This document shows, piece by piece, positions 58,013-59,250 of a stretch of 59,250 nucleotides of DNA (the first letter of the stretch is position 1; every line of letters begins with the position of its first letter). The notes under the pieces are model-generated. The model did no database searches, was not told the origin of the DNA, and saw nothing but the letters and a program-made list of their open reading frames with translations. A program made the position numbers and the translations under genes. The stretch is taken from contig JAGOTK010000003.1 in NCBI GenBank assembly GCA_018061825.1, positions 1 to 59,250 of the forward strand, in the 5' to 3' direction. Source of the stretch: Minisyncoccota bacterium. GTDB taxonomy: Bacteria; Patescibacteriota; Minisyncoccia; Phycocordibacterales; UBA5272.

Positions 58013-58489
58013 ATGACAAATCAACTTATAATGATCCGAGCTGGTGATTGTGATTCCAGAGAGATTAAAGATCCGTCATTGTCAAAAATTGGTATTTTTG
58101 AAATAAAAAGAATCTCAAAATACCTAACACAATTTGATCTTGGAGAGGCTATTGATATTTATTTTTGTAATTCTAAAAGATCACTAGAAAGTGCTCAAAT
58201 CATTAAAAATGAAATAGGAGATACAGGAAGAAATATCAGAAATTTTCTTTGTGAAGAAAAAATTTTTACAAATTATTACATGGAGGCTGATGAGTATTGG
58301 TTAGAAGAAGAAATTATCAAATCTACATCAGATACTATGATAGTAGTTGGTCATATAGAATTGATAAGATGGTTTCCCAAAACAATTGGTTTTAAAAGTA
58401 ATTATTGTAAAAATGGAGAAGGAATAATAATTCTTCAAGATGAGATTAGAGAAATTGTATTTGATGATGACAAGCATTTGAATAAATAA
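58013..58489 (+). CDS. Histidine-phosphatase (SixA-like) fold protein with RHG changed to RAG
   Basis: 158 aa. LIMIRAGDCD...PSLSKIGIFEIKRISKYL...CNSKRSLESAQII...VVGHIE. Confidence 0.5.
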   Translation: MTNQLIMIRAGDCDSREIKDPSLSKIGIFEIKRISKYLTQFDLGEAIDIYFCNSKRSLESAQIIKNEIGDTGRNIRNFLCEEKIFTNYYMEADEYWLEEEIIKSTSDTMIVVGHIELIRWFPKTIGFKSNYCKNGEGIIILQDEIREIVFDDDKHLNK

Positions 58490-58520
58490 TATTATTATTA
58501 TTTATTCAAATGCTTTTTTA
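58474..58520 (+). terminator. Long AT-rich hairpin terminator spanning the stop codon
   Basis: gcatttgaataaataat-attatt-attatttattcaaatgc then tttttta. Confidence 0.65.
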
Positions 58521-58596
58521 TTTGTAAAAATTTTTAAATTTTAAAAAATATATTAGATTTAAAAATAATTAAAAATAAAAGTATGATCTAATAGAT

Positions 58597-58624
58597 TTGA
58601 CAAATATATTTGAATTGTTAGTAT
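58597..58624 (+). promoter_or_regulatory. TTGACA-16-(TGT)TAGTAT promoter
   Basis: Upstream of the 58666 ORF. Confidence 0.5.
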
Positions 58625-58665
58625 AAATTTAGTAATCAAATTTAAATAACAATAAATTCTTTAAA

Positions 58666-59016
58666 ATGAGACAAGCTAACTTTGTTCAAGTTGAAAATGA
58701 GTACAAAATAATTCCTTTAACAAAGAATGAGACACTTGAAGGAAATAAATTATTTTTACAATTCTGTGGTTTAGATTATCAAAAAAGTGATGAGTGGATT
58801 ATTAATTGTGCTGGATATGACAGATCCTGGGAAGAGTTAATGAAAATACCAGAAAAAATAGTTTCTATTTGGGATGAAAATTCTGGAGACTACAACTCTT
58901 TAAGGTTTAGATTTAAACACATGGTATTCCATGAGTTTATGGGTAGAAAAGAAGTTTTGTATCGTAAATGTGTAGAAATTGTTAAAAAATACTTTGAATT
59001 ATTACAACATGAATAA
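58666..59016 (+). CDS. Hypothetical protein
   Basis: 116-aa ORF with its own TTGACA promoter and a downstream palindromic terminator. Confidence 0.5.
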   Translation: MRQANFVQVENEYKIIPLTKNETLEGNKLFLQFCGLDYQKSDEWIINCAGYDRSWEELMKIPEKIVSIWDENSGDYNSLRFRFKHMVFHEFMGRKEVLYRKCVEIVKKYFELLQHE

Positions 59017-59038
59017 ATTCAAAGTATTTTACAAAACA

Positions 59039-59068
59039 AAAACCTCGTTAAATTTAACGAGGTTTTTA
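59039..59068. terminator. Bidirectional palindromic terminator
   Basis: aaaaacctcgttaaa/tttaacgaggttttt. Confidence 0.75.
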
Positions 59069-59080
59069 TTTTTTAATTTA

Positions 59081-59250
<170 letters not shown>

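Overview
Strongly AT-rich, compact bacterial chromosome segment read with the standard genetic code; about 50 of 64 genes lie on the minus strand. Several features point to a Candidate Phyla Radiation / Patescibacteria (Parcubacteria-like) genome, which is an inference, not a database result: domain-minimised housekeeping proteins (UvrC without a C-terminal HhH, ThrRS without TGS, PheT without the OB tRNA-binding domain, 157-aa EF-Ts), no visible Shine-Dalgarno sequences, and many orphan small membrane proteins. Housekeeping content: ATP-cone-fused nrdB, uvrC, gatCA, ligA, thrS, gyrB, pheST, tsf, rpsB, rplY, rpmG, glyQS, gyrA, ftsH, smpB, three tRNAs and a partial DEAD-box helicase. Accessory or envelope content: (1) a complete secretin-less type IV pilus locus (pilM-N-O-P-like-B-T-C, major pilin, pilD, four minor pilins) divergent from comFC. 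(2) At 43.9-50.6 kb, an array of proteins sharing a VirB2/TrbC-like helix-loop-helix pilin module with variable heads (peptidoglycan-binding domains, Gly/Val-rich and TATQKQ repeats), co-transcribed with an orphan solute-binding protein. I rate this the best candidate for an uncharacterised surface system. (3) A processive GT2 synthase with a thioredoxin-like partner. (4) A small membrane-protein/Nramp-like block beside two tRNAs. Other notable points: an apparently catalytically intact NlpC/P60 domain inserted in PheT; a 37-nt duplication of the comF 3-prime end flanking a 1-kb single-gene insertion; tRNA-Ile(UAU); a membrane protein with a HEPN-like Rx4H C-terminus; and a recurring TGATATAAT extended -10 promoter with short or absent leaders. 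No rRNA, CRISPR array, transposase or prophage genes were seen.
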